This document shows positions 1 to 9,376 of a stretch of DNA of 41,082 bases, piece by piece. Every line of letters starts with the position of its first letter. The stretch's first letter is position 1. The stretch is taken from positions 1 through 41,082 of the forward strand of contig JBNJDG010000008.1 of the NCBI GenBank assembly GCA_051819665.1. The letters are read 5' to 3'. Both the position numbers and the translations under genes were made by a program. The notes under the pieces were generated by a model. It was given only the letters and a program-made list of their open reading frames with translations, had not been told where the DNA came from and made no database searches. Origin of the DNA: Nanobdellota archaeon. GTDB taxonomy: Archaea > Nanobdellota > Nanobdellia > Woesearchaeales > CAZZGN01.

Positions 1-17
1 GGATCCCACCAGGTCCG
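1..17 (+). tRNA. 3' fragment of a tRNA (positions ~59-73), truncated by window start; probably intron-interrupted
   Basis: (GG)ATCCCAC-CAGGTCC-G matches T-loop end, T-stem 3' strand, acceptor 3' strand and G discriminator, followed by a T-run; identical to the reverse complement at 41038-41054. Confidence 0.6.
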
Positions 18-96
18 TTAGTTTTTGTGGGCTTGAGCTTCATTCTTATGCAACAGACAATTAGTTTTAAATATTAATACCTCAAAAATTAAACCG

Positions 97-1425
97 ATGA
101 AAGATCCCTTACATACAATAAAAGAGACCAAGAAGATAGGAGGACTTCTCAAATCAAAGAGTGAACACCTCACTCATCTCCTTCACAAGAAACTATGGCT
201 CCAGGTAATCTTCGCTCTCATTCTGGGAAGCCTTGTAGGAATAATGCTGGGCCCGGATATGGGGCTTGTCAGCAAGAGCATGGCCAAGACTATAACCAAC
301 TGGCTGGCTCTTCCGGGGAACATCTTCCTCGAGATGATAAAGATGATAATCATCCCATTGATATTCTCCTCGATAATCATAGGGATACTCTCAAGCGGAG
401 ACATAAACTTCCTGAAAAAGATAGGACCGAGGATTGTAGCATTCTTCGTGATTACAACTATAATAGCCATCCTCATCGGCTTCGGCAGTGCTTTTACGAT
501 AAACCCGGGAAATATGATAGACGAATCTCAGCTTGACGCCGAAAGCGAAGTAGAGACTAAAGAGATGGAGGATAAGAACGTCCCCGACAGGCTCGTTGAC
601 CTGCTTCCCAGTAATCCGTTCAAATCAATAGTCAAAGGTGATATGCTCGGTGTAGTCATATTCACCATAATGACAGGTATAGCCCTATTATTCGTGAAAA
701 AGAAACACCTTAATGTAGCTTCAGATTTGCTCCATACTATACAGGATGTGAGCATGAGGATTGTTAAATGGGCGATGTACCTAGTACCTTATGCGGTCTT
801 CGGCCTCATCACTAAAGTCACCTCGCAAATAGGTTTGGAAGCGTTCAGCGGTCTTCTGATGTACATATTGACAGTTCTTCTCGGACTGATCCTGCTTATC
901 TTTGTTTATGCACTGATTGTCACTTTGTTTACAGGGATGGGTCCTTTCAGGTTCTTCAGTAAGATAAGGGACCCTCAACTACTGGCCTTCTCCACCTCGA
1001 GTTCAGCCGCTGTGATGCCTCTGTCTATAAAGACAGCAGAAGACAATCTGAAAGTCAGAGCTTCTATCTCAGAATTCCTTATACCAGTCGGAGCAACAAT
1101 CAACATGGGAGGAACTGCACTATACCAGGCAGTAGCCACAATCTTCCTCGCTCAGGCATTCGGCGTACAGCTCCCTCTGAGCAGTTTAATACTCATAATC
1201 GCGATAACTGTGGGTGCTTCCATAGGTACGCCTTCAGTGCCGGGAGTAGGGATAGTCATTCTTGCAACCATACTTGATTCAGTAGGGATTCCGGCTGCCG
1301 GGATAGCTCTCATTCTTGGAGTTGACAGGATACTTGACATGGTAAGGACAACAGCTAATGTAACAGGGGACCTTTCAGCCTGCACCTTTTTCGAGAAAAG
1401 GATGGGAAAGATATTCGAAAAATGA
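97..1425 (+). CDS. Dicarboxylate/amino acid:cation symporter (DAACS/GltP family)
   Basis: Multi-TM protein with AFSTSSSAA, GATINMGGT and GVDRILDMVRT motifs. Confidence 0.95.
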   Translation: MKDPLHTIKETKKIGGLLKSKSEHLTHLLHKKLWLQVIFALILGSLVGIMLGPDMGLVSKSMAKTITNWLALPGNIFLEMIKMIIIPLIFSSIIIGILSSGDINFLKKIGPRIVAFFVITTIIAILIGFGSAFTINPGNMIDESQLDAESEVETKEMEDKNVPDRLVDLLPSNPFKSIVKGDMLGVVIFTIMTGIALLFVKKKHLNVASDLLHTIQDVSMRIVKWAMYLVPYAVFGLITKVTSQIGLEAFSGLLMYILTVLLGLILLIFVYALIVTLFTGMGPFRFFSKIRDPQLLAFSTSSSAAVMPLSIKTAEDNLKVRASISEFLIPVGATINMGGTALYQAVATIFLAQAFGVQLPLSSLILIIAITVGASIGTPSVPGVGIVILATILDSVGIPAAGIALILGVDRILDMVRTTANVTGDLSACTFFEKRMGKIFEK

Positions 1426-2066
1426 GATACATGATCTTCGATCTTGACGGGGTCCTCATGGACAGCATGCCTAATCATATAAAATCCTGGAAAGAGACCC
1501 TCAGAAGTATAGGGATAAATCCGTCCGAAAGAGAGCTCGCTGTGAAAGAGGGAGAGACTTCCGGCCAGTACATCGATTATTTTACGAAAAAAGAGGGTAT
1601 CAGCCTGAGCGAAGAAAAGAGAGAAGAACTCAATAATATGAAAAAAAGGCTTTTCAGGCAGCTTGACTCCAAACCTTATCAAATCATAGAACACCTGAAA
1701 GAGCTTAAAAGACAAGGCATGAAGATGGCCGTAGCCACAGGATCAAGGAGAGAAGTTGCCTCTGCTGAAATAAAGGAGAATTTCGATGATCTCTTCGAAT
1801 GTATCATCTCAGGAGACGATGTAGAAGAAGGGAAACCAGCCCCTGATACTTACCTTAAAGCGCTTCAATCATTAGGCGGAAATAAGGGAGAAGCAATTAT
1901 CATCGAGAATGCCCCGACCGGCATAACTGCAGGGAAAAGGGCAGGCATGACTGTATTTGCCCTGAAGACAACGCTCCCGGAAGAAGAGCTCCTCGAATCA
2001 GACAGGATATTTGATGACCATGAAGAACTATTCTCGTTCATTACCGATACATATATAAATAAATAG
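1422..2066 (+). CDS. HAD-family phosphatase (beta-PGM-like, subfamily IA)
   Basis: FDLDGVLMDS motif I, ATGS, GKPAPD, IENAPTG; ATGA overlap with the symporter. Confidence 0.9.
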   Translation: MRYMIFDLDGVLMDSMPNHIKSWKETLRSIGINPSERELAVKEGETSGQYIDYFTKKEGISLSEEKREELNNMKKRLFRQLDSKPYQIIEHLKELKRQGMKMAVATGSRREVASAEIKENFDDLFECIISGDDVEEGKPAPDTYLKALQSLGGNKGEAIIIENAPTGITAGKRAGMTVFALKTTLPEEELLESDRIFDDHEELFSFITDTYINK

Positions 2067-2086
2067 TTTCTCCAAAAATCAGCGAT

Positions 2087-2161
2087 GCGGGGGTGGCCAA
2101 GCGGCTAAGGCAAGAGGCTGCAACCCTCTGATCGTGGGTTCGAGTCCCACCCCCCGCTCCA
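2087..2161 (+). tRNA. tRNA-Cys(GCA), CCA encoded
   Basis: Acceptor GCGGGGG/CCCCCGC, anticodon arm AGAGG-CTGCAAC-CCTCT, T-arm GTGGG-TTCGAGT-CCCAC, U73 then CCA; TATA-like TATATAAA at ~2052. Confidence 0.97.
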
Positions 2162-2268
2162 TATTTCTGAAGCGAAATCCTGTTAATGACTTCGAAAAAC
2201 ATTAAAGTCAAGAAAAGATATATTAAGCAATTGCGCATTACCATGAAAAAACGATAAGAGGTATCAAA

Positions 2269-4245
2269 ATGAAAAAAACAATAATCCTGTTGATGGTCAT
2301 CACTATAACCATCCTGGCCGGATGCCAGGAACCTGTCAATCCGCCGGACAAGACAACCCTCTCTGAAAATGAAGGAGAGCTTAAGCTAATGAGCGATGAA
2401 GAGCTGAGATCACTCTCTCAGGACTCATCCGGAGAAGGCTATCTTAAAGGAGGAGAAAGGATGATGGAGGATGATGTCCAGATGAGCACATCTTCTGGTG
2501 ATGCAGGAGGAACCCCTGAATATTCTGAGACAAACATACAGGAAGCCGGCGTTGATGAGGCAGATATAATAAAGACAGACGGAGAATACATTTACACAAT
2601 ATCGGATAAGACACTCTATATAATAAAAGCCGGAGAAGATGCAAGAAAGATCTCGAAGATCTCCCTCAATAACACTCCCGATGCATTATTCATAGACGGA
2701 GACAACCTCGCTGTCTTCGGAAGGACATCAAGTCTTTCTGATTATAACATTCCGACGACCAACGGTCTTACATTCTTCAATACTTATGATATCTCCGATA
2801 AGGAGAGCCCGGAAGAAAGAGAGAATATCCAGATAGAAGGGCAGTATAAGGAAGGGAGGATGATCGACGGAGAGGTCTATATAATAACAACCTCCGGGCC
2901 GAGCATCAAACACCCAAGACCCATAATAATGAAAGACGGGAGAGAAGAGAAGATAGATAGTGTATACAGACTTCCTAATCCTTATGATAATCCGATGATG
3001 AGCAATATCCATTCAATAAATATAGAGAATGGAGAGATGGAGAGCAAATCTATAGTTACAGAGAGTACGCCGACAGTATATATGTCCCAGGAAAATATTT
3101 ATCTTGCGCACACGGAAAGCAGGAACAAATACGAGATCGAAGAAGAGATCAAAAGAGAGAAAGTGGTGCCCGAACTGAATCCTGAAGACAAGGCTCTTAT
3201 AGAAAGGATCAAAGACATTGAACCTGATATTCTGTCTCAAGCCGAGAAGGAAAGGAAGATAGACAGGATCATAAACACCCATGTCCAGTTAATGGATAAA
3301 GAAGAACAGGAAAAACTCAGGGACGAGATAGAGAAAGAGGCAAAAGAGAAGATTGAAGAGATGGAATACCTGGAGAACACGAACATCCATAAGATCAAAG
3401 CTGATGATGGCAGCCTTGAGATAAGCGGGCACGGAAAAGTACCTGGACATCTCAATAACCAGTTCTCGATGGATGAAAAGGACGATGTTTTGAGGATAGC
3501 CACAACCGTTAACCCAGTACATGGCGTAAAGGGAAGGGAAGAGGAAAGCAACCATGTCCTCACACTAGATGAGGATCTTGAAGTGATGGATCATATAAAG
3601 GACATAGCCGTCGAAGAGAGTATATACTCAACAAGATTCATCGAAGACAGGCTCTATATGGTCACTTTCGAACAGATAGACCCGTTCTTTGTCATCGACC
3701 TGAAAGAACCCAAGGATCTCGAGATCCTGGGAGAACTCAAGATAACAGGCTTTTCCAGATACCTTCATCCGTATGATAATGAGACCATAATCGGACTTGG
3801 TAAGGAAGCAAGCGAGACAGGAAGAACTAAAGGCCTGAAGATCTCCCTTTTCGATGTGAAAGATGTGGAAGAACCCGAAGAGATAACCAAATTCGTGACC
3901 GAGGACAGGTACGCAAGCTCAACTGCAGCATATGAACATAAAGCCTTCCTCTTCTCAAGGGACAGGAACCTCATGGTGATACCCGCATACAGCCACGGCC
4001 GTGACGATGAAGGGTACAACGGGGCATTCGTCTTCAACATAACAAAAGACCAGATAAAGCTAAGAGGGCTTATAGACCACAGCAGTGAGAAAAGATACGG
4101 CCCGGCAGTCCAAAGGAGCTTATACATTGGAGATAACCTTTACACCAAATCAGAGAATCTTCTGAGGATCAACGATCTTAAGGATCTGCAGAGTGTAAAG
4201 AACATCACCCTTGTGGACAGCGAGAAGGACATCCCTACTTACTGA
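2269..4245 (+). CDS. Secreted lipoprotein with beta-propeller domain (COG4880-like)
   Basis: Lipobox LAGC; YSETNIQEAGVDEADIIKTDG, NQFSMDE, VTFEQIDPFFVIDL and GELKITGFSRYLHP family motifs. Confidence 0.88.
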   Translation: MKKTIILLMVITITILAGCQEPVNPPDKTTLSENEGELKLMSDEELRSLSQDSSGEGYLKGGERMMEDDVQMSTSSGDAGGTPEYSETNIQEAGVDEADIIKTDGEYIYTISDKTLYIIKAGEDARKISKISLNNTPDALFIDGDNLAVFGRTSSLSDYNIPTTNGLTFFNTYDISDKESPEERENIQIEGQYKEGRMIDGEVYIITTSGPSIKHPRPIIMKDGREEKIDSVYRLPNPYDNPMMSNIHSINIENGEMESKSIVTESTPTVYMSQENIYLAHTESRNKYEIEEEIKREKVVPELNPEDKALIERIKDIEPDILSQAEKERKIDRIINTHVQLMDKEEQEKLRDEIEKEAKEKIEEMEYLENTNIHKIKADDGSLEISGHGKVPGHLNNQFSMDEKDDVLRIATTVNPVHGVKGREEESNHVLTLDEDLEVMDHIKDIAVEESIYSTRFIEDRLYMVTFEQIDPFFVIDLKEPKDLEILGELKITGFSRYLHPYDNETIIGLGKEASETGRTKGLKISLFDVKDVEEPEEITKFVTEDRYASSTAAYEHKAFLFSRDRNLMVIPAYSHGRDDEGYNGAFVFNITKDQIKLRGLIDHSSEKRYGPAVQRSLYIGDNLYTKSENLLRINDLKDLQSVKNITLVDSEKDIPTY

Positions 4246-4271
4246 GAAAAGAAATAATTTTTTGGTCAAAG

Positions 4272-5036
4272 TCATTTCTTCACTTTGGCCTTATCCTTGT
4301 TTCTCAGTTCAAGGACCTTGTCGAAATGCTCCCAATACATGTAAGGCTTCCCCTGCTTATTTAGATCAGCCAGGAAATTATCCACAGCAGATTCAAGGTT
4401 CTTCCTTTTCTTAACGCTCGCCTCACCCATTATCTCCTGGATCATATTCAGGATATCGTTCTTCTCAAGGTCCTTATCCGGACTGATGACCTTACCGCTT
4501 TTCCTGTCACCCACTAAAGCGAATATCTTCTTTAGGGTCTTCTCATCAACCTTTACCTCTCTGTCCCCGAGTTTTATCTTCTTCTCGTCAAAGTCAATAT
4601 CCTCGAGCCTCAATTTTGCTATCTCCGCAAGCTTCACACCGAAATTGAAGAAAAGCTTAGATATAAGCTCTTGCTTATCACCCATCTCATGAGCTTTTGA
4701 GAATATCTTCTTTATCTCTTCCTGATCGAAGAGTTCATCTGAAGCCTTCGCTTTCTTCTTGCTCTTCTTCTTTCCGGTCTTCTTCGGGAGAAGCCCGAGA
4801 TTATCCTTCACATCACGGAATATCTTGTTTATATCAGATTTTAGAAGCCTGTTGTTGTTGAAATCCTCCGAAATAATCCCGATTATCTTCTCGGTTGCCT
4901 TTGCCCTTGCATCAGCCCTGTCAGACTCTCCTTTTTTAGAACTCTTCTTTTTCTCAGGCTCCTTCGTGGATTTTCCTTCAGGCTTAGGATCTTTCTTCTT
5001 CTGGACTTTATTCGCAAGAGAGCTGAGATAAGACAT
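4272..5036 (-). CDS. Lys-rich protein with degenerate tyrosine-recombinase catalytic-domain fold (likely inactive)
   Basis: LFFNFGVKLAEIAKLRLEDIDFDEKKI resembles Xer box I (LLY.TGLR.SE...L...DIDF) with R->K; no HxxR or H...Y box II; ATG at 5036. Confidence 0.65.
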   Translation of the reverse strand: MSYLSSLANKVQKKKDPKPEGKSTKEPEKKKSSKKGESDRADARAKATEKIIGIISEDFNNNRLLKSDINKIFRDVKDNLGLLPKKTGKKKSKKKAKASDELFDQEEIKKIFSKAHEMGDKQELISKLFFNFGVKLAEIAKLRLEDIDFDEKKIKLGDREVKVDEKTLKKIFALVGDRKSGKVISPDKDLEKNDILNMIQEIMGEASVKKRKNLESAVDNFLADLNKQGKPYMYWEHFDKVLELRNKDKAKVKK

Positions 5037-5109
5037 ATACAAAAACAGGAAAACAGAGATTTAAATAATTTTCTTAAGATATATAAAGAAGCCAGGCATC
5101 ATAAAGAAT

Positions 5110-5829
5110 ATGGAAAGGATCAAAAAGATACTGATGACAAAGGAAGGAAGGAAGTTCTTCATCAAGGATACCAACAAAGATTTTCATACCCAGTATGGAT
5201 ACATAAGCAAGGATGATTTCAGGAAAAGGAGGCCAAAAACCAATACTGGGAAGGAACTATCATGCTTCAAGCCGTTCTTCCATGATCTCTACAAGAAGAT
5301 GAAAAGAGGAGCGCAGATAATCCCCCTCAAAGATCTTGCCATGATCATAGCCGAGACAGGCATAAACAATGACACTGTAGTTATAGACGCAGGCTCCGGC
5401 TCAGGTGCTTTATCACTCTATGTAGCAAAATTCGCAAAACAGGTCTATTCATTTGACATTAGGGAAGATCATCTCAAGATCGCTGAAGAGAACAGGAAAT
5501 TCCTCGGTATCAAGAACCTCAAATATGAGAAACACGACATCTATGAGAGCATACCCTACAAAGGTGATGTGATAACGCTTGATGTCCCGGAACCATGGAA
5601 AGTGATAGACCATGCTGCTAAAGCATTGAGACCGGGAGGATTCCTCGTCAGTTATTCACCATCCATACCCCAGATAGCAGATTTCGTTAACTCGATAGAT
5701 GAGAGGTTCGTCCATCTTAAGACCATAGAAGTCTCGAACCGTGAATGGGAGATAGACGGAAGAAGAGTGAGACCTAAAACCAAGGGTCTCGGCCATAGCG
5801 GTTTCCTGGCTATCATAAGGAGAATATGA
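5110..5829 (+). CDS. trmI: tRNA (adenine-57/58-N1)-methyltransferase
   Basis: RGAQIIPLKD, DAGSGSGAL SAM motif, LDVPEPW, YSPSIPQ, GHSGFL. Confidence 0.92.
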   Translation: MERIKKILMTKEGRKFFIKDTNKDFHTQYGYISKDDFRKRRPKTNTGKELSCFKPFFHDLYKKMKRGAQIIPLKDLAMIIAETGINNDTVVIDAGSGSGALSLYVAKFAKQVYSFDIREDHLKIAEENRKFLGIKNLKYEKHDIYESIPYKGDVITLDVPEPWKVIDHAAKALRPGGFLVSYSPSIPQIADFVNSIDERFVHLKTIEVSNREWEIDGRRVRPKTKGLGHSGFLAIIRRI

Positions 5830-6380
5830 AAGACCAGATAAGGATACTCGGGATAGATGACTGCCCATTCGATAAGTTCAAAGAGAAACGCACTAAGATC
5901 ATAGGTACAGTCTATCGCGGAGGGGATTACTTTGACGGAGTTATTTCAACTGATATAGAGATAGATGGGAAAGACTCTACTGAGAAATTGAACAGTATGA
6001 TCTCCTCTTCCAAATTCTATAGACAGATAAAATACATACTTTTGGACGGCATAGGAGTAGGCGGGCTAAACATAATAGACATAGAAGAATTATATAATCA
6101 AACCAATATTCCTGTGATTATCGTTATGAGGAAGATGCCCAATAAGATAAGGGAAACTCTGATGGACCTTGGCATGGATGATAAGATAAACCTTATAGAC
6201 AAAGCAGGTAAAGTGAAAGAGATAGAAGGCATTTACATCCAGAGTATAGGAGCTGAAGAGAAAGAGATAAGGGAGATCCTCAATATGACCTGCACACACT
6301 CGGATCTGCCCGAACCGATAAGAGCCGCGCATATAATCGCAAGCGGAGTGAAGAACGGAGAAAGCAGGGGAAGAGCATAA
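5826..6380 (+). CDS. DUF99 / endonuclease V-like protein
   Basis: ILGIDD, DGKDST, LLDGIGVGGLNIID, LPEPIRAAHIIASG and GESRGRA C-terminus. Confidence 0.88.
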   Translation: MKDQIRILGIDDCPFDKFKEKRTKIIGTVYRGGDYFDGVISTDIEIDGKDSTEKLNSMISSSKFYRQIKYILLDGIGVGGLNIIDIEELYNQTNIPVIIVMRKMPNKIRETLMDLGMDDKINLIDKAGKVKEIEGIYIQSIGAEEKEIREILNMTCTHSDLPEPIRAAHIIASGVKNGESRGRA

Positions 6381-6517
6381 AATTTTCCGGTATAGTTTCT
6401 TCTATAAACAAAGATTCCATCCCAAGCAAAAACAATCCTTGAATTATAAAAATCCTGCATTGAAGACCCAATAAACCATATTAATCAAACATACGGATTC
6501 TCAACCAGGTGATACCA

Positions 6518-7738
6518 ATGAAAAGAATAATAATGATCTTAGTCCTGATACTCATGTCAGGGATGGTAAAAGCGGACCTGGTGATAAACGAAGTCTACTA
6601 TGATCCCATAGAAGACGAGAACGATGGAGAATTCATAGAGCTTTACAATAACGGGAATGAGAGTATAGACCTGTCCGGAACGACAATAACGACACAAAGT
6701 TCTGATCCTGATGCAACACTGCCTGAAACGACTCTGGCCGGTAAGACACATTACCTTGTCGCTGATTCGGGCTTCTCTGGAGGAAAAGACTCTGAAGACT
6801 GGCCTGAAGCTGATCATGAAGAATCAATGACCCTCACCAACGATGAAGGATGGATCGAGATAAGGAAAGACGGGAACATCACCGATTCCATCGGATGGGG
6901 ATCACCTCACCTGGAAGGAGATGCAGCACCGGATGCAGATGAGGGGAAGAGCCTTCAGAGGATAAATTATACAGGCAATGACTCTCTGGACTTTACCGCA
7001 TCAACACCGAACCCGAGGAACAGCATGAACAGGGATGATTCGATAAGCCTTACAGTGGATGTACTGGACCTTGATCCTTCGATAAAGAACATAAGCATAA
7101 CAGATGAGGATGAAAGCAGAAAGGGCAACCAGATAATACCTCTTCCGGGAAAAGAGAAGATGATGGATATTGGAATAATAATAGAAGACAACAACACGAT
7201 AACTGAAGCTTATATAGAATGGAAAGATAACCATTCACTGAACAAGACAGAGGATATAAACGAAACAACGTCATTATATGAAACCCATGTTCCCGTGGAA
7301 TACTTCACTGAAGCTAAAGGATACAACTTATCCATATCCATTAAGAACGATCTGAACCTCACAACAGATGCTAAGACAGGGATAGAGATCATGTCCATGA
7401 CCGCCTTCGAGATAGATAACAAGAGCATCAGCTGCACAGTGGCAAAAGGGAAGAGCTGTCTCATCGAAGGGGACAATAACATGGATACAAAACAACCGAC
7501 CATCAAGAACATAGGTAACACAGGCTTTGACCTTAGCCTCAGTGCAGGGAATGAAGGCAATATGACCATCGATTACGGTTTCGGGGAAGGGATGAGAGAA
7601 CTGAACACAAGCTCGACAATCAATGAACTTGGTCTTAATCCAGCTAATACCGTGCCTTTCGAGCTCAGCATCGATGTACCTGAAACGACTGAAGAAGGGA
7701 CTTACAACAATGAGATTATCATGGAGGCGGTCATATGA
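6518..7738 (+). CDS. Secreted lamin-tail-domain surface protein
   Basis: Signal peptide; LVINEVYYDP...EFIELYN...IDLSG and TPNPRN LTD motifs, then acidic beta-rich domains; GGTGAT SD before ATG 6518. Confidence 0.82.
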   Translation: MKRIIMILVLILMSGMVKADLVINEVYYDPIEDENDGEFIELYNNGNESIDLSGTTITTQSSDPDATLPETTLAGKTHYLVADSGFSGGKDSEDWPEADHEESMTLTNDEGWIEIRKDGNITDSIGWGSPHLEGDAAPDADEGKSLQRINYTGNDSLDFTASTPNPRNSMNRDDSISLTVDVLDLDPSIKNISITDEDESRKGNQIIPLPGKEKMMDIGIIIEDNNTITEAYIEWKDNHSLNKTEDINETTSLYETHVPVEYFTEAKGYNLSISIKNDLNLTTDAKTGIEIMSMTAFEIDNKSISCTVAKGKSCLIEGDNNMDTKQPTIKNIGNTGFDLSLSAGNEGNMTIDYGFGEGMRELNTSSTINELGLNPANTVPFELSIDVPETTEEGTYNNEIIMEAVI

Positions 7739-8196
7739 GATCCTTCATGATAATTCTCTTTCTTCTTTTATTCTTCCCTATTGCTGTTTCAGGATTCGGT
7801 GTCTCGCCGGCTTCTCTTGATATAGAGATGGAAGGGAACGAGAACATCACTAAGAGCATCTTCCTCATCAACGAAAGAAATAATCCTGTCAATTATACCA
7901 TAGAAGGCAACAGGTTCACTCATATTGAAGAGGATGAAGGAACTCTGGAACCGGAAGAGACGAGAGATATAGATGTAGGATTCCTCGGGAATGAAGAAGG
8001 AGAGCATGAAGAAAGCATCAGTATCCTCTTTTCAGGAGAAGATGAAGGCCTTATAAAGAACAGGATAAGGGTCAAGACAAAGATTGATGTAAAAGGAGAG
8101 GTATTCACTCAGAAAAAACCAGAAATGCTCAATGGTATACTCCTCACAATCTTTATAGTAATAACGGGATTGATAATCTTCCTTATAGTAAGATGA
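7735..8196 (+). CDS. Membrane-anchored Ig-like surface protein (hypothetical)
   Basis: Signal peptide, GVSPA start of a beta-sandwich, C-terminal TM; ATGA overlap with the LTD gene. Confidence 0.7.
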   Translation: MRSFMIILFLLLFFPIAVSGFGVSPASLDIEMEGNENITKSIFLINERNNPVNYTIEGNRFTHIEEDEGTLEPEETRDIDVGFLGNEEGEHEESISILFSGEDEGLIKNRIRVKTKIDVKGEVFTQKKPEMLNGILLTIFIVITGLIIFLIVR

Positions 8197-8198
8197 GC

Positions 8199-9353
8199 TC
8201 ATTCATCATGGACATTTTTTATAAGTTCATAATACCATCCATCATCAAAGACGGAAGTATCGATTATCGGTCTCATATATTCCATGAACTTTTTTGTGGG
8301 CCTCATCAGAGCCTTATCATAATAAGATGAGTCAAGAGACCTATAATTTTCCTTCCCGGCCACTTCTGAAAGAGGTATGCTGCCTGTTTTAAAGGCCTCA
8401 TCCTCAAATTCTATATTAGCCATATAACCATGCTTGCCTTCCTTCAGAAGCTCTATACCTTTCTTCCCCAGATGTATTGCAAAGTCCCTGTCCAGCTCAT
8501 AAGATCTTCCGCTCCTTACAATATGGCCGGGTTTTATAGTGGTCGCATCTATCCCAAGGTCTTTTGATATTACCTTCTGGAGCTTATCCACCACATTCTG
8601 ATGCCTCTTGACACCGAAACTGTCCGGCTGGACTTCCTCATCACCTTTGATCTCATCAAACTTTGCCTCTTTCGACACAACAACAACGCCATAATTCCCG
8701 TTCTTCCCATATGTTTTCCTGACAAGCTCAAGGAATGATTGTAGCTTGACCTCATTCTCAGGAACTACTACCAGATCGGCATTACCGAAAACTGAAGAAG
8801 CTGTAAGCCAGCCGGAATCTCCTCCCTGACTTTCTACAAGAAAAAGCCTATGTCTTGGTATCGCAGAATCCCTCCTTATATGGAACACTATGTTGGCCAT
8901 ATTGAATGCGGCTGAGGGGAAGCCAGGTGTAAAATATGTCCCGGAGAGGTCATTATCTGCGGTCTTCGGGGCTGCAATTATAGGGATTCCTTCTTCCTCA
9001 TAAAGCCTTCTGGCAAAGCCTAAAGTATCATCACCACCGATAACATAAAGATAATCGATGCCCTTTTCTTTTATCGTCTTCTTTATCTTTTCCATCCCGT
9101 CTTTTATGTTTCCGGGATTCGTCCTGCTGGTCTTGAGGAGCGTACCACCTATATCCTGTATGCCTTCAATATCCATATCAGTAAGATCGGCTATACTTCC
9201 ATTGATGAGACTCTCCCAGCCCCTTAAGCCACCATACACTTTCATATCATTTTCTCTCGCAGCCTTGATAGCGCCATACAAAGTAGCGTTCAATACCTGG
9301 GTCTCCCCTCCGCCAGTGAATATCAGAATCGATTTCCCTTTCAGATCGTCCAT
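8199..9353 (-). CDS. PfkA-family phosphofructokinase, PPi-type signature, divergent sugar site
   Basis: TGGG..LNA, GGTLLKTSR, IGGDDT, PKTADNDL, GHIVRSG; canonical MGR replaced by QGG. Confidence 0.85.
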   Translation of the reverse strand: MDDLKGKSILIFTGGGETQVLNATLYGAIKAARENDMKVYGGLRGWESLINGSIADLTDMDIEGIQDIGGTLLKTSRTNPGNIKDGMEKIKKTIKEKGIDYLYVIGGDDTLGFARRLYEEEGIPIIAAPKTADNDLSGTYFTPGFPSAAFNMANIVFHIRRDSAIPRHRLFLVESQGGDSGWLTASSVFGNADLVVVPENEVKLQSFLELVRKTYGKNGNYGVVVVSKEAKFDEIKGDEEVQPDSFGVKRHQNVVDKLQKVISKDLGIDATTIKPGHIVRSGRSYELDRDFAIHLGKKGIELLKEGKHGYMANIEFEDEAFKTGSIPLSEVAGKENYRSLDSSYYDKALMRPTKKFMEYMRPIIDTSVFDDGWYYELIKNVHDE

Positions 9354-9376
9354 CTTAAATCCTTCCCATTATCATT

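Noticed and set aside
4272..5036. Functional integrase/XerA
   Set aside because: Catalytic Arg, HxxR and Tyr motifs are not recognisable
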